DNA of 57,724 nt, filler included, from Sphacelaria rigidula (lineage: Eukaryota), in assembly GCA_964200075.2 (NCBI GenBank). It is 6 parts of 6 records of this genome, joined end to end, with 100 filler letters (N's around TTAATTAATTAA, not from the genome) between each part and the next. Parts side by side here need not be neighbours in the genome. Positions count along the whole stretch, not along the records: positions 9,639 to 19,176 come from CAXNAA020008268.1; positions 19,277 to 28,814 come from CAXNAA020008269.1; 4 more parts are not named here. One strand, written 5' to 3'. The translations under genes were made by a program, and so were the position numbers. Each line of letters starts with the position of its first letter. Within the stretch, counting starts at the first letter, position 1. The notes under the pieces were generated by a model that worked only from the letters and a program-made list of their open reading frames with translations, ran no database searches and had not been told where the DNA came from. This document shows positions 13,713-25,472 of this stretch, piece after piece.

Positions 13713-15005
13713 CACACGTCGGACAGATCAACTCCCAATAGCTCGAGCTAGCTCTTGTTGAGCGTAGCTCCCTGGTGAGCTATGAGAGCTGCATGAGCTA
13801 CGCATGTTTACCGTACGTGAGCTACGGACCCGTAGCTCATCCTCTCGTATTCGTCCTGGGTGAGCTATGGGAGCTGTACGAGCTGCGCACGTTTGCGATA
13901 GGTGAGCTACCAACCCGTAGCTCATCAGCTCATATTAGCCCTGGGTGAGCTATGAGAGCCGCATGAGCTACGCATGTTTGCCCCGGATGAGCTATGAGAG
14001 ATGCATGAGCTACACATGTTTGCCCTGGATGAGCTATGAGAGCTGTGAGAGCTACGACTGCTCATCCCTTTGACCGCAAGGGTAGGAGATCTCTGAATCG
14101 GCATCATTCACGCTCGAAAAAAAAATGAATTATGCTGATTTCTCAGATTGCCTACCCTCGCGGTCAAAGGGCTAACCCCTTGACGGCGAGCATAAGTCAT
14201 CTGTTGAATCGGCTCCAATTTCATTTGAAAAACGTATGCATGACCAGATGGACTCGTACCCTCGCGGCCAACCGATCAAAAGAAATGAATCGGTCAATTA
14301 TTGTAGACTGAATATCAATACTTGTTTTAACCATCCGACCATGCGAACGAGGATGTGTGCTGGCTTCTTTTCTTCCTATCGCAAAAAATGAGGCAAAACA
14401 TCACAACATTATGATATGTGGCGCCATCATTCGGACCCTTCGAACAAGAATGTTGCATATACGCGACACGAGGTTGGCCAGCGGCGAGCAAGGCATATGG
14501 CGTGAGTGAGCCACGACCATGTGTCCCTAGGGTGAGCTACCGGGCGTAGCTCATCCGCTCATGTTTCCTCCGGGTGAGCTACAAGAGCTGCGTGAGCTAC
14601 ACGTGTTTGCCTTGGGTGAGCTATCGAGCGGAACTCATCCGCGTATGTTTTCCCTGGGTGAGTTGTGAGAGCTACATGAGCTACGCATATTTTCCCTGGG
14701 TGAGCTATCAACCCGTAGCTCATCAGCTCATATTCGCCCTGAGTGAGCTGTGGGAGCTGTATGAGCTACGCACGTTTGCGATAGGTGAGCTACCAACCCG
14801 TAGCTCATCAGCTCAGATTCGTCTTGGGTGAGCTCTGAGAGCTGAATGAGCTACGCATGTTTGTCCTGGGTGAGCTACCAACTCGTAGCTCATCAACGCA
14901 CCTCTACCTTGTGTTGATCTATCGGGCGTAGCTCACATACACGTTTTTGACTACAAGTGAGCTACCGCCCGCAGATGAGCTAGCTCATGAGCTGTCCTAC
15001 GTGTG
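13713..15005. mobile_element. Non-autonomous TIR transposon (CACACGTCGGACAG termini, 8-bp TSD) with internal GAGCTA-rich tandem arrays
   Basis: Left end CACACGTCGGACAG, right end CTGTCCTACGTGTG; TSD CCATAGTT/CAATAGTT; ~40-bp tandem units at ~13770-14060 and ~14525-14990. Confidence 0.85.
14066..14171. mobile_element. Small MITE nested in the CACACG element (piggyBac-like CCC termini)
   Basis: TIR CCCTTTGACCGC(A/G)AGGGTAGG ... CCTACCCTCGCGGTCAAAGGG; a degenerate second copy follows at ~14176-14272. No clean TTAA TSD. Confidence 0.7.
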
Positions 15006-15469
15006 CAATAGTTGCAATAGACGAAAAATGTACAGCGTGAAGTATAGGCCTCTCGCGACTATTGTATACTGTACGCGGTACACTTTCTGAAAACTCAATC
15101 TATTACTGTCCAGGGAGTACTTTTGAACAATCACGAGCGGCTGTGGAGCGCTTGCACCGAAGGGGATGTGCGCGCGTCCAAGGGTGTACATTGGGTAGGG
15201 TAAATACCCGGGCATTGCCTACATTTGGGGTTTTTTCTAAATCGCATTTTGCGTACCCACTACTCAGGTAGAGTATTTAGATTGTACCCAATCTAACTGT
15301 GATCGTACCCCAACTCTACCTAATATCTGGGTAAATGTTTGCGATTGGACCATCGCCACTCAGAACTCGGGAGAGTGAATCCCCCGGTATTAACCCTGCC
15401 CATTGATGCGTCTTAAATCAAGATCTGTGAGGATACCCGCCGCCCCGCCTCCCCACCCATCCACCCCAC

Positions 15470-15815
15470 GGTGAGACATCCTTGAGGCAGTATGGAACCC
15501 GTGGCTGTTTCTGGAAGTGGCGATACCAGAAGATGAAGCAGCTGATTATAGACTGTCATCTACATGCAAGATAATCAGTGCGCTTCGGATCGAAATATTT
15601 CAGCAGGACGCAGGTCACTCACCCCTCATGCGACTCGCCGAACACATAACGGCGCTTCGCGCTTGGTAATTGAGTGCGAGCCTGGTCCGGCGAAGAGCCG
15701 GCGTGCCACTTCCCGGCTTTGTAGGGATGCGAGGCCAATAGTGATGTATGTATATATATATATATATATGACTACGGCAGGCGACACCATGAGTACACCG
15801 TCCCTACCCCACCCT
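15470..15815 (+). mobile_element. Retroelement 3'-end fragment, family 2 (ends ATGAGTA + C-rich tract)
   Basis: Colinear with 18415-18685. Confidence 0.7.
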
Positions 15816-16224
15816 AGACCTTCTCATATTCGGAATTCTGGTCGATTTTAACGCGGTCTGCGGGTGTGCAAATAACGTAAAAAAAAATGATGTTACATTA
15901 TACTTCTAGATGGGCGGGGTTCTTATTTGGGCTTGATTGTCACTGTTTCGTTCTTCTTCAGTTCACTCTGGTCGTCCGTTTCCATCTTTGAGTTTTTCTT
16001 CAGTTTTCTCTTCTTTCAGCGAGCGCTGCCGTGATTGCTTACCTTGGAGGGACAGACGTCTATCTTGTGGGCAACGAGCACGACTGCGTCCCTCAGGGAT
16101 AACTCAATGTGTGTCAATCCATCAATCGAATCTCATCGACACGTTTCCCGTCCTACCTCTTCGTGAGCTTCACGCGCGCACAAAATAATGGTCATTTCGC
16201 AACCACAACACAGGACACCCCCAA

Positions 16225-16320
16225 CTCCGTCCCGAGAGGGATGCGTGGTTAATGGTCGAATGACTAAGGCAAGCAACAAATGAGTACACCCCTCATCCCC
16301 CACCCTCACCCCCACCTCCA
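16225..16320 (+). mobile_element. 5'-truncated LINE 3' end (family 1)
   Basis: ctccgtcccgagagggatgcgtgg...gactaaggcaagcaacaaatgagtaca + degenerate C tract. Confidence 0.8.
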
Positions 16321-16759
16321 TGCCCAACAATAACGAGTAGATGGTTCAAAATATCCCCTTGCCTGACTCAAGAGACCATACTTCAGTCATTTTGTTTTAT
16401 TTTGTGAGACTGATCGCAAATGCACAACAGCAGACAGCTCAGGGTGACAGAGAGCATGCCTCTTGTTGAGGTAGAGGGGACCCCTTCCATAGCATGGTAA
16501 TAACACATTTTTGTTCCTCAGTAAAAACTGTCGGCCACGTGGCTGTTACGGCACTAATTTTGCAGATGCCAAAATAGATGCTGACACCCACGAAGCTCGA
16601 AAACGATTTCAGTACACAGCGCATTGACATTCCTATTTACAAAATACTATTGTACCGTAGCCCCGCCCCCCCCCGCCCGCACACGAGACTGGGATTTGAA
16701 CCCCGCTTCACTTCTTACCATTTTCGTAGTTATGTTTATCCTGTAGGGTGGGCGGAGGG

Positions 16760-17885
16760 GGCGCGACCTATTTGTAGGTGGGGTATGCAAATTAGAGCGT
16801 ACAGGTCGTGAACGCCTCCAGAACTAATTCCACGACAAACCCTACTTCAAATGCTGATGAGCACACGAAGCAACAGGCATACTCCACAGTAGCGCACGGC
16901 AGGGCTGTAACACCGACCATATTTCTTTTGTTGTAGGGCAGGTTGCTGTACACGTAGGTGGCGATGACTTCTTCGCTCCATACTACTGGGAATCGTAAAA
17001 TCAATCGTTTTTTCTTGGGGCACTTCTTCAAGCCACGTTCTTGAATAGCAAACATATGTTGATAGTTGCTGCGGCATGGACAACATTATATTCGCTAGGT
17101 GTTCCAAGTGTAATCCCGTCATCATAAAGTGTGCATTACGTCATGACAACCGTTCACACCCGCCGCAGCCCATGCGCTGGAATACAGTGTGTCCGCGCAG
17201 ATAACGGCATTTGGATGCTCTGAGTACTATACATGACCGTATACCCGCAAGTAGGGAAACTTGTGAAATCACACCATCATTGTACTACAAGTACCGTTGT
17301 CTGCTACGTGCTGTGCGGACTGTACATCATGTAGAGCAGACGACAGACAACAGCAGCAGTACAGGAGTACTACTCTACAGGGCCTATAGTGCTCTGAACG
17401 CAGTTGACAAGTGGTGCGATACAGGAATACTCGCACTGCTCGTGCTGCCAATTGGATAGCCTGCACAGTACACAGACACAGTGTACAGACAGCCTGTTGT
17501 ATGGTTCAACAGCAGTGCAACAACAGTAGTACGATATGGCGGTATTCTCGATGGCAAGCAGCTGATGCATACCGTGTGCGGTCCGTGTCGTCAGAGCATC
17601 CACATAAGCGAGCATGCGCGGTGATTGGCTGGCCAAGAACACAAGACGACTATTTGCTCGTCAAAATTGAGCGAAGAGGTCATCGCCGCAGGCGTGTGTG
17701 GTCTCCTGCCCCACGACAAGATGTTTTCTTCACTACCCTGCTGTGGACTGCTGTGAAGTGGGACTGACCGTTGTTCGTATGCCCAGCATTTCGCTTTGAA
17801 ATTGGGTTTATCTTGGGTTGGTTCTGGAGGCGTTCGCGACCTGTACGCTCTTATTTGCATACCCCACCTGTAAATAGGTCGCGCC
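16760..17885. mobile_element. Non-autonomous Mutator-like element (MULE)
   Basis: ~110-bp imperfect TIRs beginning GGCGCGACCTATTT; perfect 9-bp TSD GGCGGAGGG at 16751-16759 and 17886-17894. Confidence 0.85.
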
Positions 17886-18414
17886 GGCGGAGGGGGTACG
17901 AGTTCTAGCATGTATATTCCAACCCCTCTTTTTCATACCATTTTTCTCGAAAGTATGCAAAACCGGCGACCCTCCAAGCGGGCAGGCCCTTTCTCCTCCG
18001 CATGCATTTCCCCCCTAGAGGATGTCTTTTTACACATCTCAACAATAACCTTCTAGGGCACACAAGCACTAACCCGCACCGTGCCATATCGCCCCCCCCC
18101 AGGAGGAAACTCGGTACTGGATCGTGTTGCCTGTACAGTAGCAGTGCGTAACATGTTCGCACCCATTTTTCTGTTATGTTGTCATTACGTCCAACCCCTC
18201 CCCTTCTCTCCTTTCAGGATTGACGTCGGTTGGCAACGACGGTGTGAAACACCCCACTCACTGCGCAAGCTAGGCAACCAGGTTTTACTGATTTTCATTT
18301 CGTTTGCGTTCTTTTGCGGTTACCACGATGGTGGTCGAACTAGACCATGTTGTGCGGCGTGGAGAACCCGACCTCCGTGCAATGGGGGCGATCGTACTGC
18401 GTAGTGCCTATATA

Positions 18415-18685
18415 TGGTGAGACACCTATGAGGCAGTGCGGGACCCGTCGCTGTCTCGTAAAGTGGCGATACCAGAAAATGAACTCATACGTAGGCTGTC
18501 ATCCAAATGGAAGATAATCAGTACGCTTGGGGCCGAAGACATCCCAGTGCTTCGCGCTTGGTGAATGATAGCGAGCCTGGTCCGGCGAAAGCCAGGCGAG
18601 CTCCGCCTCAGCTTTGTAGGGATGCGAAGTCAATAGCCTTACGACTACGGCATGCAAGATCATGAGTAACCCCCCCCCCCCCCCC
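18415..18685 (+). mobile_element. Retroelement 3'-end fragment, family 2
   Basis: Ends GGCATGCAAGATCATGAGTAA followed by a pure C run; matches 15470-15815 and 13130-13260. Confidence 0.72.
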
Positions 18686-18731
18686 GCGCGCGCGCCCTTT
18701 CGTGGGACAAATCCTCGTAGTACTGAAGTAG

Positions 18732-18922
18732 CCGGTCGCGCCGGTGGCTCAGTTGGTAACCTCGAAACCTTCTGACGGTGATTGGGTCGTGGGTTCAAAT
18801 CTCGGAGCGATCTGGGATTTTATATCACACCATGCCCAACAGTGGAGAGCGACTATGAGGTGGGTATACAAGATTTGACTCAGAGGTCGACGAGGGAAAG
18901 GGACTGCTGAACTCCTCTCGCG
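18732..18922 (+). mobile_element. tRNA-derived SINE, 5' part
   Basis: A box GTGGCTCAGTTGGT and B box GGTTCAAATCTC; matches 1-93; the body matches the inverted copy at 19104-19168. Confidence 0.72.
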
Positions 18923-19176
18923 ATGTGTGTGTGTGTGTGTGTTGTCGTCCCACTTATTCTGGGCGACAGTTTACCCCTTTCGGGATATGTGGGCGCATCA
19001 GCCGGGGTCACACAGGAGGAAGGTCAACACAAAGGACTTTTTTTTTGTTTTTTTGTTTTTAATACCCCCACCTTCCTTCTGCGGTGCTTGCCTTTTTTTT
19101 TTATCGCGAGAGGGGTTCAGCAGCCCCTATCTCGCGTCGACCGGTAAGCCGAATTTTGTGTACCCACGACACAGTC
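18923..19176 (-). mobile_element. Second copy of the same SINE family, 3' part with (CA)n tail, inverted
   Basis: 19104-19168 is the reverse complement of 18860-18922; begins with (GT)n on the plus strand. Confidence 0.7.
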
Positions 19177-19276
19177 NNNNNNNNNNNNNNNNNNNNNNNN
19201 NNNNNNNNNNNNNNNNNNNNTTAATTAATTAANNNNNNNNNNNNNNNNNNNNNNNNNNNNNNNNNNNNNNNNNNNN
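19177..19276. other. Artificial contig spacer
   Basis: Same 44N-TTAATTAATTAA-44N linker. Confidence 0.98.
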
Positions 19277-20536
19277 CAAACGTCCCAAAAGTGAACAATC
19301 CGTGGGCCAAAAATCTGTTTACCATAACATCCGGCCTTAGGCCCGCTATTAGAGAGTTTCGGAAAACGTTTTTTTCCCATCTTAGAGTCAGAATGGGAGG
19401 AAAAATAGCCGGTAACGGTGCACATTCCACTCTGATTTTCTTCTTGTAGCGAGTTTACAGAGTCAGAGGGCTATTTGCACCCGTTCAGGGCGTGTCTTAG
19501 CAATTTAGTTTTCGATCGAAAATGTGTGGTGGAAACAAACATCCCGATCTGACAGATCGTAGTTTCAGCCATCGTCGAAAATGTTGAAGATGGTTGAAAT
19601 CACAACCTATCAGATCGAGATTGTTGTTTTCCACTGCACAATATCGATCGAAAACTAGTGTGCCAAGACACGGCCTCACTCTGCAAACCGTTTTTCCTCT
19701 CTAGAGTTTATAGTGGAACGAAAAAGAACCACGCCCACCTTCACCACTATGGTCACGTCCAGTCCAAAGCCAACACACCCTAACCAGCAAAGTGGGACGT
19801 TCATCATCCATCACAACTGCCATGCCCATCACAATGGGCCATTCACAAATTAGAAAAGCTTGGCATCATAATCAGAAGACCTCCCCGACGCCGCCACGGT
19901 ATCAGCATTCGCTTGGTTGCGTTGCTTGAAAATTCAAATACTCGACGGGTACCTACACACGTTGCCTTGGGTGCTGGAAGAAGACGGTGGGAATGATTCG
20001 TAGTCTACAGCGTACAAGCAGTACTACACCTGGCTGCATTCCCATCCCGTCAGAGAGCATCACGTCTTGGACCACCGTTTTTGGCGGCATGTTGAAAAAT
20101 CGTCACAATGCGGCCTAGATCTGTTGTTTGGAAGTGTTGCATACCCTACTGTACTACTATTTGTACAACTGACTCTCTGTACGGTGTCGCTGTACAGTAG
20201 TTCACTGTATCGCAATGCACTGCACTTTTTTAGGGTTCTGTATTGCACTCTCTGTACTGCACTGTCTGTACTCCACGCTGCACAGCACTACAGCACTCCA
20301 GTGCCTTGTAGTGCGCCGTGGTGACTTGAAGTATTGCAGGTGTAGTGAAAAAGCGCAGTGTACGGTGCGTACGGTGCGGCAGTGTACGGTACAGTCAGTG
20401 TTGTGGCGGCCTATGTACTTTCGAACTGGACGCTGGTCGATCGTACATTTGGCGGGGCAACCTGCGGCCAATCACTGCTCGATACAAAAGGGTCACGTCA
20501 AGCCACGTCGCATCAGCTCTAGAGTTTCGAAGCTTT

Positions 20537-20712
20537 CATTTGCTTTTGGCTCAAGAACTATGGATTATTTGGGGTGTAGAAAAAACTGAAAACTAACGCA
20601 AACAAAACTGCGAGACAAAAAATGCGTTCTCACAGTTGGGAAACTATCGGGCTAACCCGAGACTACTGTACTTAATACTGGTCCGCCCTTGTGGTTGGTC
20701 ACCCTTACCCCC
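20537..20712 (-). repeat. Terminal direct repeat B2 of the Ngaro-like element
   Basis: ~176-bp diverged direct copy of 21060-21236. Confidence 0.85.
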
Positions 20713-21059
20713 TTCTCCCACCCCCATTACTTCATCCATATAATCCGCACCCTGGTGCCTCCCTCCCTTGAGCGACAGGGTGGTGGGCGGGGGAAATCGA
20801 TCAAGTGCCAGGGGCGACTGTACTACTGAGACTGCTGGCGTGTCGCTGTCTGGTCAACTGGTCTCGAGTGATACTGTCTGTCTGCTTCTTTGGTGCTCTT
20901 GTACCAGATCAGTCTCGCTCGCTTGAACAACACTCTGCGACGGTGGCGCCTTGGCCACGCGAACCCTTATATTTTATTTCAAGCTCGGCATACGCCAGAG
21001 TACATCCCTTATAATTCGTCACCCGCCAACACAAACCTCGTATTCGTGCAGAATACACC

Positions 21060-21236
21060 CATTTGCTTTTGGCTCAAGAATTATGGATTATCTGGGATGT
21101 AGAAATAGACGGAAAACTAACACAAACAAAACTGCGAGACGAAAAGCGTGTTCTCGCAGTTGGGAAACTATCGGGCTGACTCGAGACCACTGTACTTAAT
21201 ATTGGCCCGCCCTTGCGGTTGGCCACTCTTACCCCA
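21060..21236 (-). repeat. Direct repeat B1 of the Ngaro-like element
   Basis: catttgcttttggctcaagaa...cttacccc, duplicated at 20537-20712, just downstream of the recombinase. Confidence 0.85.
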
Positions 21237-21314
21237 TTGGGCAGCCCGATCTGTTCCCTCTTTCCTTCTCCTCTTTTTCTTCACCTCATTTTTCATTTTT
21301 TTCTTTGTTTGTAC

Positions 21315-22280
21315 TTACTCCCCAGCGAGTGCCTGCGATACGAATTTCGCTCTGTCGCCCCCCGCATTTAAGTATGCGTGAAGACCAGCGGTTTCCACCT
21401 CCCCGCCCTCTGAATCTGCAATTGCGGCGCCCCCTGCGCCGCTAGATGTGTCGCCCCCCCCGACCCTACCGGAGGGCAGCGCGTACTGCGTCGGGTCCCT
21501 CCCTGTACTCGAAATTAGTTGCCTAAGTGCGCTCGTCGCGCGCGGCCGAGTGACTGCTACCCATCCGGTCTTACCTACGGTCTGCATCAGTGAGGCTTCT
21601 GCCCCCAACTCTGAGTGGTAGTCAAGCAGCTCGAATAGGAGCTCTAGCGTCCTTATGTTTTCAGATCTGTCGGTGCCCCGCGCTCCTCCCCCTACTCTTG
21701 TTCGAGTTACCACCGCCCCTAGGCGTTTTTGGTCCGCCTTGGAGGCTCTAACACGCAACTCGACCCCATCAGCCATGCCCCTGTCTGGCCAGATCAGTTG
21801 GGAGCTTTCCCTGAAGAAAGTAAGGTCTCCCCTCCGGAGGCAAAAATCTGGATGTACCGAACCATCGTTGTATGCCCAAAAGAAAATACGATAGGGCTAG
21901 GCCTATCCATGTGACTCGGCTCTGTGTCGTATCCATCTCCAGCGTTCACCCTTCTACCAACAGCGACAGCGTCAGCGGTTTTCGCACGCGGGGCCTTACT
22001 TCCGATTTCCCGTGTGCTCGATCAACTCCCTTGAGCACGGCCGCTGTCATACAGTGTTTCACGAGTAACTCCCAACCGGTATACATCTTGTGGAAAAATC
22101 GTATCGCTGACAAATACCCCCGCACTGTCCCCCTCTGGTATTTGTGGGTAAAAAGCCGCCACGCAATGAACTCGGTGATATTGATCACCGCGCTAGCCTC
22201 GCCGTCGGTCCTTGACATATATACGGGCTTTTCTCGGCGAGCCCTCCAGTTGGACCACGTTTTGAACCGTTTCTAGTTTC
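21315..22280 (-). pseudogene. Tyrosine recombinase of DIRS/Ngaro element (stops and frameshifts)
   Basis: TVRGYLSAIRFFH, RKPLT, RASKADQ, YALPSGRVGG (HSxRxGG box with H>P) and frameshifted IQRAGRWK motifs. Confidence 0.88.
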
Positions 22281-22348
22281 AATAGTTTTGCAACGCCCCT
22301 CTCGTCTCTGACGGGGCCTCCCTTTTGTCCTGCAATGATATCACGAGT

Positions 22349-24788
22349 TCAGGGTGGGTTCAGTCTTCTTGTCGGGACATTATGTTCCAGATCTGTTGGT
22401 CTAGGCTGTGGTCCAGGGTTTTTTGTTGCAGAATTATTTCGAGTACCCCTGCCTCGGTTTCCTAGATCTTGCTGCTTTCCATTGAGATTCCCTGATAGCC
22501 GTGCTACCCTCTCGGCCACCTCCGACTTCGGCCATCTCGAGATGCCGTCAGCTAGTATGTGCTCCACTATGGTACCCCACCCGGTGGCGACTTCCACGCG
22601 ACCCATCATTCTCATCAGGGGGGTGGCGCGTCTGTCTTTCGAGCCCCCGCATTATGTACCCAGTGTACGGCCGACGAGTTGTCCCCGCGCATAAGGGTTG
22701 GACCCCCTCTCTCTGTGGGCCTTTCGCCCTTAAACATCTGGAGAGCGCAGACGATCATGAACATTCCACACACTTCTAGTAGGTTGATCGTGATCGCGCA
22801 GGCTCATCTATTTTTTGCTTTTCTCTCCAGTTCGCATTTGAGCTCATGTGGTAGAGAGTACCGCTAAAATAACCCGAGCTCCGGGCAGTACCCTCCTATC
22901 GCCGCCAGGTTCGCGTCGGAGATGTATGTACGAGATGCGGTGCGTTTGGTGTGGGCAAAAAACGGGGCGCTAAGCGATTCACCGCGTTGCACCAGGTTCT
23001 CTGTGATAGCCCGTTTCCAAAAAGCGATATCCTCGTGAAACTCCCAGCCAAGGTTCACTGTTTGTCTCACCTTACGTTTCTTCTTTGCAGCTACGTTTAG
23101 GTCGGTGAGGCGTAGTAGTTGCCATATGAAGTATTTTCCGGGTCTTACAGCAAACGTGAGGTTCAAGACTTTTCCAGCTTTGCTGAGTACGTCTTGCGCA
23201 GTCGCGCGTGTCTTGTCCGCGGGCCAGTCGCGCTCCAGCAATTCTTTGATAGCTTCAACCTTTACTGGAGTGACCGCTATCCTCGTGGTGTGTGTGTCGA
23301 TCATGAATCCCAACGCGTCTACGCTGGTGTCCCAGTTTGTACTTTTTTACGTGCGACAATGGGTATCTCGCCTGGCTCTCCGGGACCGAGCAGTCTGATG
23401 TGATCTGAGGCTAGCGAAGCTGAAGCGACTAGCGCCAATTCACCTTATGCGCCGTGCTGTACCCTTGCTAGGATGTAGTCGTCCACGTATACGTTAACGA
23501 AAAAAGGGTCGTGTAGTTCCCCCCCCGTTTGGTGGGTGCTCCGTCTCGAAAGGGATGCGTGGTCAATTGTCAAACGACTAAGGCAAGCAACAAATGAGTA
23601 CGCCCCCCCCCGCCCCCCCCCGTTTGGTGGGGGAACAGCAGCTTCGGGCGGGACCTGTGTAGGCGTCCCTTTTTCCCAGGGCTCGACTATGGTCACGTGT
23701 TTCATCTTCTCTCTACCTTCTTGGAGTATTGCGGCGTCGAGTATTGTGGTATTGCAGTGTGCGTACTCAGTGGCCTGTGATGAGAATCCCCAGTAGCCGG
23801 GGGATCCCGTCCATTTAAACGTGAGCCGAAAGTCTGCTACTATAACATCGTCTACCGCGTAGCAGCAGTTTTGCGCCGGTCGGGCGCGATCCTGACATTT
23901 CTGAATGCATTCGAGACGTCCGCCTTTGACAGTAGGGTTCTGCTATCCGGAAACTCAACGCGTAACTTCAAGAGTTCATTCAGTAGTTTTGAAAGTGCTT
24001 CTCCGCACAGGCATTGCGGCACCTCGTCCACAATCTTGTCCCGGTTGAGGCCGCCTTTCTCTCCCTTCGGTACGCTGGGGTCAAACGAAAAGTCGTTGAT
24101 AATCCTGACTTTGCTAGTCACTACTGCCCCAAGCGGGGGCCACTCTGAGGCCACTGATTTCAAGCGCCGCCCTTTTTTCAAACACCAGGCATCTGTTCCT
24201 TCGTACATCCTCTACCAACTTCTCCCGGACTTGAGGCACAATATGTTCTTCGATACTGCGGTGATTACCGTATTTTAGCGCTCCTTGAGGATCGGGGTCG
24301 CGGGACGATGTGTTCATTGGGACTCCGTGCTCTATCATGTGCAGGAGCTCTCGTATCCGGGGGAAGTGTTTTTGGTTTCCGAAATACTCGTGGATATCTC
24401 TCAGGTTCATCAACGGTGACACCAAAGTGCCGCCGAGCTCCTTTGCTACGTCCGCGATTCTTCCGTGGTTGAGTCGGACGAGACTCGTGCAGGTGGCGGC
24501 TAGGTCTGTGATGATACGTTTCATTTCTGTTAGGTCTATGTGTGTATTCGGTAGCTCTTGCTGTTGCTGTTTCCACCGGGTATTGAGGTTTTCGCTTGGG
24601 TCGTCTGTGTGTACGGTTGGGCTTCGGTGGCGTGTGGTCCCAACTGGAAGTGAGTTTCTCACCGACCCGAAATTTCGCCTATCGATGGTCTCCCAACTGT
24701 CGGTGTTGTTCTTTTTCTCTGCCGGCTTCTCGCTTGTCAACGTGTGCGAGCCGTTGTCTGGGGCTACCTGTGTGTAACTATTGTTCAA
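22349..24788 (-). pseudogene. Reverse transcriptase-RNase H of DIRS/Ngaro element (disrupted)
   Basis: YGNHRS, KVRIINDFS, KADVSNAFRNVRI, VYVDDYIL, LGFMIDT, ISDANLAAIGG, INLLE, GDNSSAV and ADGISR motifs across several frames. Confidence 0.9.
23537..23631 (+). mobile_element. 5'-truncated LINE 3' end (family 1) inserted in the Ngaro RT, with TSD
   Basis: tgctccgtctcgaaaggg...caaatgagtacg-C9-G, then TSD CCCCCCCCGTTTGGTGGG (copies at 23519-23536 and 23614-23631). Confidence 0.9.
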
Positions 24789-24828
24789 CGGTTTTGTTTT
24801 AGTGCACTAGGTGCTGTTTTGAACTCGT

Positions 24829-25472
24829 GCACGCTTTCCGCTCGTCAACATGGGCGTGCCGTTGTCCAGGATTCCCTCGGAACTGCCAGACAACCGGTCT
24901 TCTTTGCACTTCTATGTTTTTTTTCTCCCGTACGTTACTGTTTATCGAGTTTGCACGCTTTGCGCTCGTCAACATGGACGTGCCGTTGTTCAGGATTCCC
25001 TCGGGTGCCGAACGGCGGGTCTTCTTTTGCCCTGGGTGTGATTCGAATTTCACGGGGAGCATGAGTTCTGTTATTGCCTGATCTACCGACGTTCAGGGTT
25101 ACCTGTGCGTAACTGCCGAGCGCCGGGTCTTCATTTGTGCGATGATGGTTGGGTAGAACTCTTGCATGCTTTCCGCTGAACAATATCGACGTGCCGTTGT
25201 CCAGGGCTCACTCAGAACTGCCAGACAACGGGTCAACGGGTCTTCTTCTGCACCTTTATGTTTTTTTGCTCCCCTCAAGTTACTGGTTATCGACTTTACA
25301 CGCTTTGCGGTCGTCAATGTGGACGTGCCGTTGTTCAGGGTTCCCTCGGAACTGCCGAAAGCCGGGTAATCTTCTGCACTGGGTGTGATTCGAATTTCAC
25401 GGGGAGCATGAGTTCTGTTATTGTTTGATCTACTGACGTTCAGGGTTACCTGTGCGTAACTGCCGACCGCCG
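24829..25472. repeat. Internal tandem duplication (~340-bp unit, each with two ~80-bp subunits) between ORF1 and pol
   Basis: ctgggtgtgattcgaatttcacggggagcatgagttctgttattg... at ~25030 and ~25380; four copies of the cgcttt.cg...cgtgccgttgt.cagg motif. Confidence 0.8.

Noticed and set aside
13770-14990. Palindromic ~40-bp repeat array as a CRISPR
   Set aside because: No unique spacers and no cas genes; units are degenerate tandem copies inside a TIR element.
18735-18810. Functional tRNA gene (also 20-90, minus)
   Set aside because: A and B boxes are present but the acceptor and anticodon stems do not pair, and both copies continue into shared repeat sequence.
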